A stretch of 32,000 bases of DNA from Candidatus Heimdallarchaeota archaeon (GTDB lineage Archaea; Asgardarchaeota; Heimdallarchaeia; Heimdallarchaeales; Heimdallarchaeaceae). This document shows positions 24,313 to 32,000 of this stretch, piece by piece. How positions within the stretch are numbered: the stretch's first letter is position 1; every line of letters starts with the position of its first letter. Both the position numbers and the translations under genes were made by a program. A model generated the notes under the pieces. The model searched no databases, was not told where the DNA came from, and saw only the letters and a list, made by a program, of their open reading frames with translations. The stretch spans positions 1 to 32,000 of the forward strand of contig DAOVER010000030.1 of NCBI GenBank assembly GCA_030668875.1. The letters are read 5' to 3'.

Positions 24313-25766
24313 TGAATGAAATCTATTTGACATTTTATCAATTTGTACCATTAATAGAAATGACTTACTCACCAGAACTTCGAGATCACTTGAAATTCTT
24401 AGCTGAAGGAAACACTGCAGCTAAAACCATTGAAAAGAGTTATAAAAACAAAAAGATAAGTGAAACGTCAGAAGACATCAAAACTGCTTTTCTTCCAACT
24501 TACAGCGATTTGAGATGGTCTTGGTATGATGATGGTTATAACTATTACAGAAATTTTCGGAGTTTCATTTTTCAAAAGCAACCTCTGAGACCACTTGTTC
24601 CGCTAATATCTAGAACAATAAAATGGAAGGGAACGCCAACAATAGGTTCTAAAATTGTTTCCACAAAAAAAGCTGAATTATCTCCAATTCTAATTGGTCG
24701 CTCGATAAAAAAAATAGTCCTCACGAAAACTGGTAAGAATCTTCTAGACTTTGAATCGAATCTGAAAATATTGCTCCGTTTCTGCAATAAGAGTAAAAAC
24801 AAAGAGAAAATGTGTTTTCTAAATGGAGTTTTCAAAGAAACAGGAGCTATAAGTATTCAAGATTCAGATATTATAACAATCATTGAGACAGATCCACAAA
24901 CGTATAAGAATATTAATTTTACAAATCAGAAAATAAGTCGCATATATTATGGTGGAATAGAGATCTTAGTACACGATATGAAACAAGTTTATATTATTTA
25001 CAAAGAAAAACCACCAAAAATACTAAGGAAGAGAGTAGAGAAAATCGTTTCTTTGTTTTTCAGTTTGAAATTCCTTATTCAACGTGCAACATATTTATTG
25101 AGCACTGATTTATTGGAAAATATGGGGATTAGGGCTGTCTCAAACATTATGGAATACTTTCTATCATCCTTAAATCCGTCAATCTATTCTTCTCAAAATA
25201 TACCAAATCTGCTACCAAAACATTACCAAAGAATGCTATTCAAATCACTTTGTAGAAAGATGAACCTTCTAAATAAATTTTCGTATCTTTTTGAAAAAAT
25301 CAAGAAAAAAATACTCGATATGCCTGCTTATGAAGCAAGTTTCTTTTTCAAGAAGAAGAATATATTTACAAACGATCTGCGAGACAAAGTTATTCTTACT
25401 CTAGCTGAAGAGCCAGAACCAGAATTAACGGAGAAGGAAAGATTGATGTTGGACTTCTTTGTTTCTCAATATAAGAAAGAACTAGAAAATGATGCACTTT
25501 ATGATTTCAAAATCCGACGAAAGAAAACTTTAGGTTCTATGTCTAGAAATTTTATCAGGAAGAACATTAACCATTGGTTAGTGGTTAAGGGTTTTCCAAC
25601 CAATACTTTTACAGATAACGAGTTGAAGAAAAACCCTGTAGCAGATGTATTAAGTAGGCTAAATAAAAAGGACTTGATACTTATTGACCAAATGGAAAAA
25701 GGAAAAACAGATTTTCTTCTAAACCTAAATGACGAGAACAAATTTATAGTAAAATTATTGCTGTGA
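24312..25766 (+). CDS. Unknown protein with a probable C-terminal winged-helix domain, coupled to the upstream regulator
   Basis: TGATG overlap at 24310-24314; C-terminal ELTEKERLMLDFF...PVADVLSRLNKKDLILIDQMEKGKTDFLLNL resembles a wHTH; N-terminal ~370 aa not recognised. Confidence 0.7.
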   Translation: MNEIYLTFYQFVPLIEMTYSPELRDHLKFLAEGNTAAKTIEKSYKNKKISETSEDIKTAFLPTYSDLRWSWYDDGYNYYRNFRSFIFQKQPLRPLVPLISRTIKWKGTPTIGSKIVSTKKAELSPILIGRSIKKIVLTKTGKNLLDFESNLKILLRFCNKSKNKEKMCFLNGVFKETGAISIQDSDIITIIETDPQTYKNINFTNQKISRIYYGGIEILVHDMKQVYIIYKEKPPKILRKRVEKIVSLFFSLKFLIQRATYLLSTDLLENMGIRAVSNIMEYFLSSLNPSIYSSQNIPNLLPKHYQRMLFKSLCRKMNLLNKFSYLFEKIKKKILDMPAYEASFFFKKKNIFTNDLRDKVILTLAEEPEPELTEKERLMLDFFVSQYKKELENDALYDFKIRRKKTLGSMSRNFIRKNINHWLVVKGFPTNTFTDNELKKNPVADVLSRLNKKDLILIDQMEKGKTDFLLNLNDENKFIVKLLL

Positions 25767-26077
25767 AGTATACTGTTTCTTACCTATTACTGTTAATTAT
25801 CATTACTTCGTTTTTATGGTAATTTCTCAGTGTTTTTTTATAATTTTGAGACAAAAAAATCTTCTTTATAATACCATTCATTCTCTGTAAATCAATAACG
25901 TGATTAAATGTTTGATATAACCCCAGTAGTTTATAGTCACAATTTCGTGACATGGAGGGAGTCATGATGATTATGGATAGTACTGGAAGAACTATATTAA
26001 AGAGAGTTTCATTTTTTTTTCAAAATGTGGAGCAATGAAGGTAGGTTGAGTTGATTGATTTAGAATGGAGAATGAAA

Positions 26078-26377
26078 ATGGGCAAAAGTTATCAGTTTTA
26101 CTGTAAAGAATGCGAATTAAATATGATATTATATGAAGGTATCAAGTACAAAACAGATGATACTTCAATAAACTATTATTGCTTTAAATGTAACAAAATA
26201 TCTTATCATGATACTTGTTTAGATTGTGGAGATAAGCTATATTACTCTATTGAGATACCAAAGGAAAAGCGAAAGATGCACAATTCTTCTGATCAACCTA
26301 TTGAAATCAAACTAGCGTGTCCAAAATGTCGATCTAAAGAAACCATTCTTACAAAAATAGGTGAATGGGTGCTTTGA
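26078..26377 (+). CDS. Small zinc-ribbon protein (four CxxC pairs)
   Basis: CKEC, CFKC, CLDC, CPKC; GGAG 7 nt before ATG 26078. Confidence 0.8.
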   Translation: MGKSYQFYCKECELNMILYEGIKYKTDDTSINYYCFKCNKISYHDTCLDCGDKLYYSIEIPKEKRKMHNSSDQPIEIKLACPKCRSKETILTKIGEWVL

Positions 26378-26513
26378 AGTTTGTAAAGAAGCTAGTATCT
26401 ACCTTTCTAATGCTAGCAAACGGACTTGTAAATCAGCTGAAAACATATTTGCAATATAGCGAAAGCAAATCATAAACTATACAAATCTGGTAAACTATCT
26501 GGCACTTCTATAA

Positions 26514-27392
26514 TTATCCTATTTTAAATTTCTCATAATTTGGATATAATGTTACCATTGCTGCCCCTTTTCCTACAGAGTTAACAATCGCAGGAGGAAT
26601 TTTCCAGACATAGCAATTTTCCACCTGTTTTACTTCTCTTACTTCCGCTTCTAACATCTCAGCTTTCTGTTTGTCGTTTGAATGGGATATGATTATGTCG
26701 TATACTAGTTCATCTGACATTTTCAATTCTATTTCTTTTATTATTTTCTTCAAAGTGCCTTTAAACCCTATTCCTCCACCAAACCCTATAACGCCTTCGT
26801 CTAGTGGTATATGATATATCGGTTTTAGCTTTAGTGTGTTGGTTAGTAAAGACATGTGAACACTTTTCTTCACTTTACCTGATTGGAATAATGTCGAGAA
26901 ATCTTTTGAAAAACCAATAGTGTAAATATGTGGTTTAACTATATCAAAATAACTCTTAATCTCTTCAATACTTTTGTTATCCTTCAGCAATTCTAGAGCA
27001 TATAATACAAAAGCAGCTTGACTAGGTCCAGCATATTGAGTAGGATAGTATTCTATTTTGATTTTATCCTTCATCTTCTTTGCAGCAAGACGCACAGAGC
27101 TAACTTGATTTGATGTTTTTGGAGTCATAAATGGATAGAAAACTGTATCATAATCGCTTTCTTCTGCTTGTTTTAATACTATCAATGCGTCACTTGGAGA
27201 GGCAAAACTAGTTTTAGGAGCTGGATTAATTGAATGTAGTTTTTCTGTAAATTCCTCTCTATCTATCTCTGTTATTTCCTTCCTATACTTATCTTTGTAT
27301 TCAACTAATACTTCTAATAGAGCAATTCCTTGCTCTTCTAAGTATTCTTTTGGTATAGTTGAGGTTGAATCTGTTAGTATTATTGTTTTCAT
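26514..27392 (-). CDS. DegV-family fatty-acid-binding protein
   Basis: MKTIILTDSTSTIP, PKTSFASP, LKLKPI, IIISHSN, IVNSVGKGA. Confidence 0.9.
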   Translation of the reverse strand: MKTIILTDSTSTIPKEYLEEQGIALLEVLVEYKDKYRKEITEIDREEFTEKLHSINPAPKTSFASPSDALIVLKQAEESDYDTVFYPFMTPKTSNQVSSVRLAAKKMKDKIKIEYYPTQYAGPSQAAFVLYALELLKDNKSIEEIKSYFDIVKPHIYTIGFSKDFSTLFQSGKVKKSVHMSLLTNTLKLKPIYHIPLDEGVIGFGGGIGFKGTLKKIIKEIELKMSDELVYDIIISHSNDKQKAEMLEAEVREVKQVENCYVWKIPPAIVNSVGKGAAMVTLYPNYEKFKIG

Positions 27393-27892
27393 TTAAGACA
27401 AAAGTTGAAGAACACTGTTACTTTTAAACATATCTTATCAATTAAACACTCCTCTAATCAATTCTATGTCTGTCCTATTGCTTTTTTGAAAAAAGTGAAT
27501 CTAATTTACATATTAATGGATTTAGAAATAATTCTGTTCTTCTTCTTTAGGGATAAAACAATGGTGGAATAATGCCCCTATCTATTTTGTTTTCAATTTC
27601 ACTCAAAACTACTAGTGAGGTAAAAAAGAAAAGAAGAGGAAGTAGTTTTTTCTCCTCTATTCTATTTGCTTCCACTTCTATAGTTTCATCTACTTTTGTG
27701 CGGTGTTTTTGCATTGTTTGACCTTTTTGAGATTTTAGTGCCCACATTCCAGGATTTCAAAGTCTGCAACAAAAGACCTTGACCACTAAAGTTTAAAGAC
27801 TTACTAAAATATACTTAAACCAGTAACTACATGAATAATTGGTAGATATTATTTTTGCAACTGTTACGCAACTATTCGCAAAACTATCCCTA

Positions 27893-27915
27893 CATGTATT
27901 CTACTTGAATACATG
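27893..27915. other. Perfect 9-5-9 inverted repeat (hairpin terminator or operator)
   Basis: CATGTATTC-TACTT-GAATACATG, about 50 nt past the stop of 27966..29429. Confidence 0.5.
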
Positions 27916-27965
27916 CTCGGTATGGTTTGAATTTTCCTGGTATCATCTCCAAAAAAACGTAATTT

Positions 27966-29429
27966 TCAAGTTGTAATCTGCAAATTTGTTTCATATCTCT
28001 CTTCAATAAATTCTTTCCACTGTGTTTTATTTAGCATGAGATCAACATTTAATCTTGTTGAAGGTGATTTTGTTATCAAACCTTGTAAACTAATACTAAC
28101 CCATTCAAAAGAAAACTTAAAATTCATTTTACTCCATAAACGAATAACGATATCGTACCAGATTATAGAATATAAAGACACCAGTAGAGCATAGGTCATC
28201 TTTCCATAACCTAGAGAATTAAGAAGAAAATTTACTCCAGTTATTTCACCCAAAACCAGGTTTAGTGTCCATTTCGGCAATAAATCCAGAATCTCTAGAC
28301 CATAGATTGACAAGGCAATCATTCCCCATCTGCGGCAATATCTAACAAACCTTCTATTTGCGAAAATATGAGCTCTGGCTCTATATTCAACAAATCTAAG
28401 AATTGCAACTAAAGCTATAACTTGTCCCCCGAGTTGTATAAGATGAGTGCTTAGAGCAGTTCTTTGATTAAAAATAGAAAATGGCAACTCTAGTGCAATC
28501 AGAAGCCCTCCCATACCCATAGACACCATTCCTCCGATTAATCCAATAAGTGGTAGTTTTCTTGAAGGTTCTTTTCCCGATAAGACTATACCAAATATGG
28601 CACCTATAAAAGCAGTTGAAAGACAAGGAAAGAGAGGTTCTACCTCTCCTGCAATTATAGCCATAAACCATGCTTTGAATGATGCATTTGAAGCTTGAAC
28701 ATGGATGTTTGGCCAATAAGGAGTTTGGACAATTTCCATATAATCTGGGAAAGTGGTGGGAATTATCCAATTCATTGAATCTACCCAATTCTGTACGAAC
28801 TGTGTTGATATTAAGATGGAAACAGCTAAAGTTACGTATATGATAATATTTCTTTTGATTTTTTTATATCCATCATTACGAATAAGAAAATAGTTGATAA
28901 CTGCTGTAATCATTATACTAAATGCAATAGTCTGTAAAGTGTGGATTTGGAACATTTTACTCCATATCTCATAAGTAGTGTCCCATGTATTTCTTTCTCT
29001 AATTGCTTGTCCAAAGTAGCCATAATATCCAAAGCCGTATATTATTGAACCAAAGATATACAAAAGAAAACCAGATAATAATTGTTTAAAAAGCAATTTT
29101 TTCTCGTCCATACCTTTTGCAGCTTTTTTAAACATAACAAGAGTGTTTGCAGTTATTGATATCAATAGGAAGAAAGTATTCCATGTTCCAACGAATGCTA
29201 CAAATAAACCTAAACCGACAAGAATTTTTGGATACTCAAACAATAATGAAGGATCTTCTACCACCCAGTCGTAATCAAAAACATGGTAGAAACAATGAGC
29301 GAAAGTCATTACAAGAATTGATAATCCCCGGAGAAAATCCAGAGTAACGATTCTTTCAGATGATTTTTTTTCATCTAACTGTTCTTGATTGGTCCTTAAC
29401 TCCATATACTTATTATTTGTAAATGACAT
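27966..29429 (-). CDS. Polytopic membrane protein, HGSNAT/DUF1624-like membrane acyltransferase
   Basis: RIVTLDFLRGLSILVMTFAH at the N-terminus; FFLLISITAN; HTLQTIAFS; PLFPCL...FIG; about 11 TMs. Confidence 0.7.
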   Translation of the reverse strand: MSFTNNKYMELRTNQEQLDEKKSSERIVTLDFLRGLSILVMTFAHCFYHVFDYDWVVEDPSLLFEYPKILVGLGLFVAFVGTWNTFFLLISITANTLVMFKKAAKGMDEKKLLFKQLLSGFLLYIFGSIIYGFGYYGYFGQAIRERNTWDTTYEIWSKMFQIHTLQTIAFSIMITAVINYFLIRNDGYKKIKRNIIIYVTLAVSILISTQFVQNWVDSMNWIIPTTFPDYMEIVQTPYWPNIHVQASNASFKAWFMAIIAGEVEPLFPCLSTAFIGAIFGIVLSGKEPSRKLPLIGLIGGMVSMGMGGLLIALELPFSIFNQRTALSTHLIQLGGQVIALVAILRFVEYRARAHIFANRRFVRYCRRWGMIALSIYGLEILDLLPKWTLNLVLGEITGVNFLLNSLGYGKMTYALLVSLYSIIWYDIVIRLWSKMNFKFSFEWVSISLQGLITKSPSTRLNVDLMLNKTQWKEFIEERYETNLQITT

Positions 29430-29704
29430 TTAAAAATACTTACGAAGCTAGCTGTTCTTTAGATTAGTATTGTTCGAAACCAGACAGAGGGTAGATGTCA
29501 AAGGAATTTGCACTTCCCGCAATAAGGTAATTTCCACATAAAAATTAATTCATAATTCTGGTTATATTCTTCTTTTGAAGGTATTTTATAGGTTAAATGA
29601 CTTGTAAATTGAATCGCAATATGGTTTTGAGTTTAGAAATAAAAAATAAAAATAAAAAATTCTAGAATTTCATCTAGAAAAAATAAAGTATGTTGAAAGT
29701 ATTA

Positions 29705-29908
29705 TTATTCAACAATAGTTACGTTTACAGCTTGTTGTCCTCTATCGGTATCTTCTAAGTCAAAAGTAACTGTTGTCCCTATTTGAAGGGCGTAAAAGTC
29801 ACCACTAACTCCAGAAGAATGAAAGAAAATGTCTTTTTCTGCATCTTCAGCGTTTTCTATAAAACCATAACCTTTATCGGTCATTACTTTTTTAATAGTT
29901 CCTTGCAT
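29705..29908 (-). CDS. csp: Cold-shock domain protein (CspA family)
   Basis: GTIKKV..DKGYGFI (RNP1), DIFFHSS (RNP2), VTF...RG.QAVNV; GAGG SD. Confidence 0.93.
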   Translation of the reverse strand: MQGTIKKVMTDKGYGFIENAEDAEKDIFFHSSGVSGDFYALQIGTTVTFDLEDTDRGQQAVNVTIVE

Positions 29909-30115
29909 TTTAGTTTTCCTCTTATGGATTTTTCACGTTTTTTAACAGGAGTGAAGTCCTTCTTAAATAAAAAAGAGTAATATCAAATATTAAATTTAAT
30001 TAAATCTTGAAGTTTCTAATTTATTTACGATAGTTCTTTTGGGAAATCATTAATAAATTTGTGGATAATACTTATTTTTTGTAAAAATAGGTAGGAATGA
30101 AGTATGAGCGTAGTT

Positions 30116-30214
30116 TTAGAGGCTTCCTCTGTGATAAACTACTGATTTCATAGCTTCGTATTTCATCTTTTTGAGAGCTTTCTCGATTTTTAAGTTTTGT
30201 ATTTTTTTACTCAT
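30116..30214 (-). CDS. Small basic protein MSKKIQNLKIEKALKKMKYEAMKSVVYHRGSL (32 aa; absent from ORF track)
   Basis: AGGTG SD 6 nt before ATG; TATA-like TTTTTAAAAG at about 30246-30255; helical amphipathic pattern. Confidence 0.6.
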   Translation of the reverse strand: MSKKIQNLKIEKALKKMKYEAMKSVVYHRGSL

Positions 30215-30386
30215 TTGTTACACCTAGCCTAACTTCAGTATCCCTTTTAAAAAGGATTGAACACACAAAGAGGTCACAAGTTGTGATATTAATAACAAAA
30301 AATTGTGAAAAACAGCCTGAGAGACTTTAGATCCTTAATTTTGTTCCTTATCTCCACAGCTCAAAATTATTAAAACCACAAGCTAA

Positions 30387-31607
30387 TTGTCTTCAGGTTT
30401 GAGTACATTGTTCGAACAGATAATCAAAACTATTGAATTTGAGCCAATTTTAATTAACAAATCATTGGGTTCTTGGATATGGGATACTGAAGGTAAAAAG
30501 TATTTAGACTGTGAATCTGGCATGTGGTGTTTAAATCTAGGTCATAATCATCCAAGAGTGATTCAGGCTGCAAAAAATCAGCTAGATGAAATTATACATC
30601 GCAATAAAAGTTTCTTAACTCCTATAACTCTCGAGACTGCAGATGTAATCTTAAAGTTTATGCCTACATCTTTTGATAGAATCACTTTTCTAAATAGTGG
30701 GAGTGAAGCAATGGAATTTGCTATTAGTTTTGCTAAGAAGGTGACAAAACAAGAAAAAATATTATCCTTACACGATTCATATCTAGGGGCATATGGCAAA
30801 GCCAAAGAATCTTCTTACACTTCCTTGGATCAATTAGAACTAAAAATACCCTATCCTGTTTGTTACGATGAAAATTGCGACTGTTTAGAAAGTACTAGAA
30901 GTGCTATCGATAGTGTTCTTGATGGAATTATCCCTGAAATTGCTTGTTTTGTTCTAGAACCAGTTATGGTGAGTGGAGGAGTGTTTAAACCTTGTAGTCA
31001 ATTTATTCAATATATTTGTGATAAAATCCAATCCAATGGAGGACTTGTTGTGGTTGATGAAGTTACAACAGGTTTAGGAAGAACTGGTAAAAAGTTTGGA
31101 TATGAACATCTAGGGATAAATCCCGATGTTGTTGTTCTGGGGAAGGCATTAGGAAATGGATACCCAATTAGTGCAATAATAACCTCTTCAGAACACGAAA
31201 GCAAGTGCTCTTCTTCTGAGTTATATTATGCTCAATCCCATCAACTTGATCCTTTGGGAGCAGCTGTTGCAAAGGAAGTAGTTAAAATCTTTGAAGAAGA
31301 TTCAATAATTGAGAGAAATCAAAGTGTTATCCTTGAGTTGGATCAATTTTTCAAATCATTGAATTATAGTTTTATTGGGGAAGTAAGATCTGTAGGAATG
31401 ATATTTGCATTGAAACTAAAAGATTATGAAAATATAAACACTGTCGAGCTAGTAGTAAAACTCAAGAATGAACTACTAGCAGAAGGTGTTTTAGTAGGTT
31501 ATAATATCGGTAAAGGTTTACTTAGATTGTTACCACCCCTAACAATGAATGCTGAAGAAATACAATTTCTGAAAGAAAAAATGAGAAATGTTTTTTGTAA
31601 TATTTGA
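30387..31607 (+). CDS. Class III PLP-dependent aminotransferase (ArgD/GabT-like)
   Basis: GKKYLD..SG.W..NLGHNHP, NSGSEAMEFA, DSYLG, LEPV...GG, DEVTTGLGRTG, LGKALGNG (PLP Lys), LLRLLPPL. Confidence 0.92.
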   Translation: MSSGLSTLFEQIIKTIEFEPILINKSLGSWIWDTEGKKYLDCESGMWCLNLGHNHPRVIQAAKNQLDEIIHRNKSFLTPITLETADVILKFMPTSFDRITFLNSGSEAMEFAISFAKKVTKQEKILSLHDSYLGAYGKAKESSYTSLDQLELKIPYPVCYDENCDCLESTRSAIDSVLDGIIPEIACFVLEPVMVSGGVFKPCSQFIQYICDKIQSNGGLVVVDEVTTGLGRTGKKFGYEHLGINPDVVVLGKALGNGYPISAIITSSEHESKCSSSELYYAQSHQLDPLGAAVAKEVVKIFEEDSIIERNQSVILELDQFFKSLNYSFIGEVRSVGMIFALKLKDYENINTVELVVKLKNELLAEGVLVGYNIGKGLLRLLPPLTMNAEEIQFLKEKMRNVFCNI

Positions 31608-31710
31608 GATGTTTATAATCAAGGAAAGAAAGATATTGAATAACTCATTCATGATGTTGTGTTTCAGAAACCAAATGGTAAAATAGAAAAATAAGAAAAG
31701 AAGTTGAAAA

Positions 31711-32000
31711 CTAGTTCATCCTATTTCTTTTTTTCTTGTTATATAAAATCACAGTTGGCACAATAAGGAAAGACAGTAGAACATAACTGAAGTTATAAGG
31801 AGCTCTAATAGCTGAGGAGCCACCTTTCCTGATCCTATGTTCCATCTCACCTTTGTGTATAGTTTCATCAGTTGTTACTTCATACGATAGAGTGTAATCA
31901 TATGCAATCAAAGTTCCACCATCAGAATAATCTAGGGTTATATCAACTAGGTATCTACTATAGGGGAAATATGAATATGTTTCTTCAATATAATCCCGTT
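31711..32000 (-). CDS. 3' end of an anchored surface protein, paralogue of 853..1815 (begins outside the window)
   Basis: Frame open to window edge: YFPYSRYLVDITLDYSDGGTL...RIRKGG..TM..KKKR vs YFSYDKYVLSATLEYSNGGTL...AIVRGG..TM..KRRKR. Confidence 0.85.
   Translation of the reverse strand, partial: RDYIEETYSYFPYSRYLVDITLDYSDGGTLIAYDYTLSYEVTTDETIHKGEMEHRIRKGGSSAIRAPYNFSYVLLSFLIVPTVILYNKKKRNRMN

Noticed and set aside
25780-25965. 61-aa minus-strand ORF
   Set aside because: No SD, motif or homology visible; a small GTCAC-N6-GTGAC palindrome at 25937-25952 is within chance
2029-31204. Short ORF-track entries overlapping real genes (2029, 3648, 4042, 6366, 7110, 7477, 8909, 9249, 13905, 16270, 19454, 19759, 20764, 24052, 24572, 25499, 28468, 29147, 29783, 30578, 31007)
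   Set aside because: Antisense or alternate-frame shadows of well-supported CDSs, with no motifs or SD
1-32000. Mobile element, prophage, tRNA or rRNA
   Set aside because: No integrase, transposase, RT or capsid motifs, no terminal inverted repeats, and no cloverleaf or rRNA signatures seen

Overview
AT-rich (about 30% GC by eye) archaeal accessory region. T-tract terminators, TATA boxes, GGTGA/GGAGG ribosome-binding sites, many surface proteins with a signal peptide, C-terminal TM helix and Lys/Arg tail, and a tandem Lrp/AsnC-like regulator point to an Asgard (probably Heimdallarchaeia-like) genome; this taxonomy is inference. I found no rRNA, tRNA, CRISPR array, integrase or transposase. 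Recognisable genes: Ntn/C45-like hydrolase, F420-type LLM oxidoreductase, frameshifted tandem GNAT, MarR/GbsR-like regulator with a divergent MFS transporter and twin operators, clostripain, NosD-type beta-helix protein, alpha/beta hydrolase, flavodiiron protein FprA, CGGC protein, a CBM-like surface protein frameshifted in a T9 tract, DegV, a cold-shock protein and a class III aminotransferase. Two things stand out. (1) Relics that keep only the 3' end of a gene recur through the window. One is a back-to-back chimera (14485-14619) of near-identical 3' ends of two flanking genes, which reads as two alleles of one variable slot stacked in tandem. (2) A GC-rich, structured 22.1-22.8 kb region contains a 16-aa micro-ORF whose perfect SD is sequestered by an anti-SD hairpin; it lies divergent from a translationally coupled pair of unusual winged-helix proteins.
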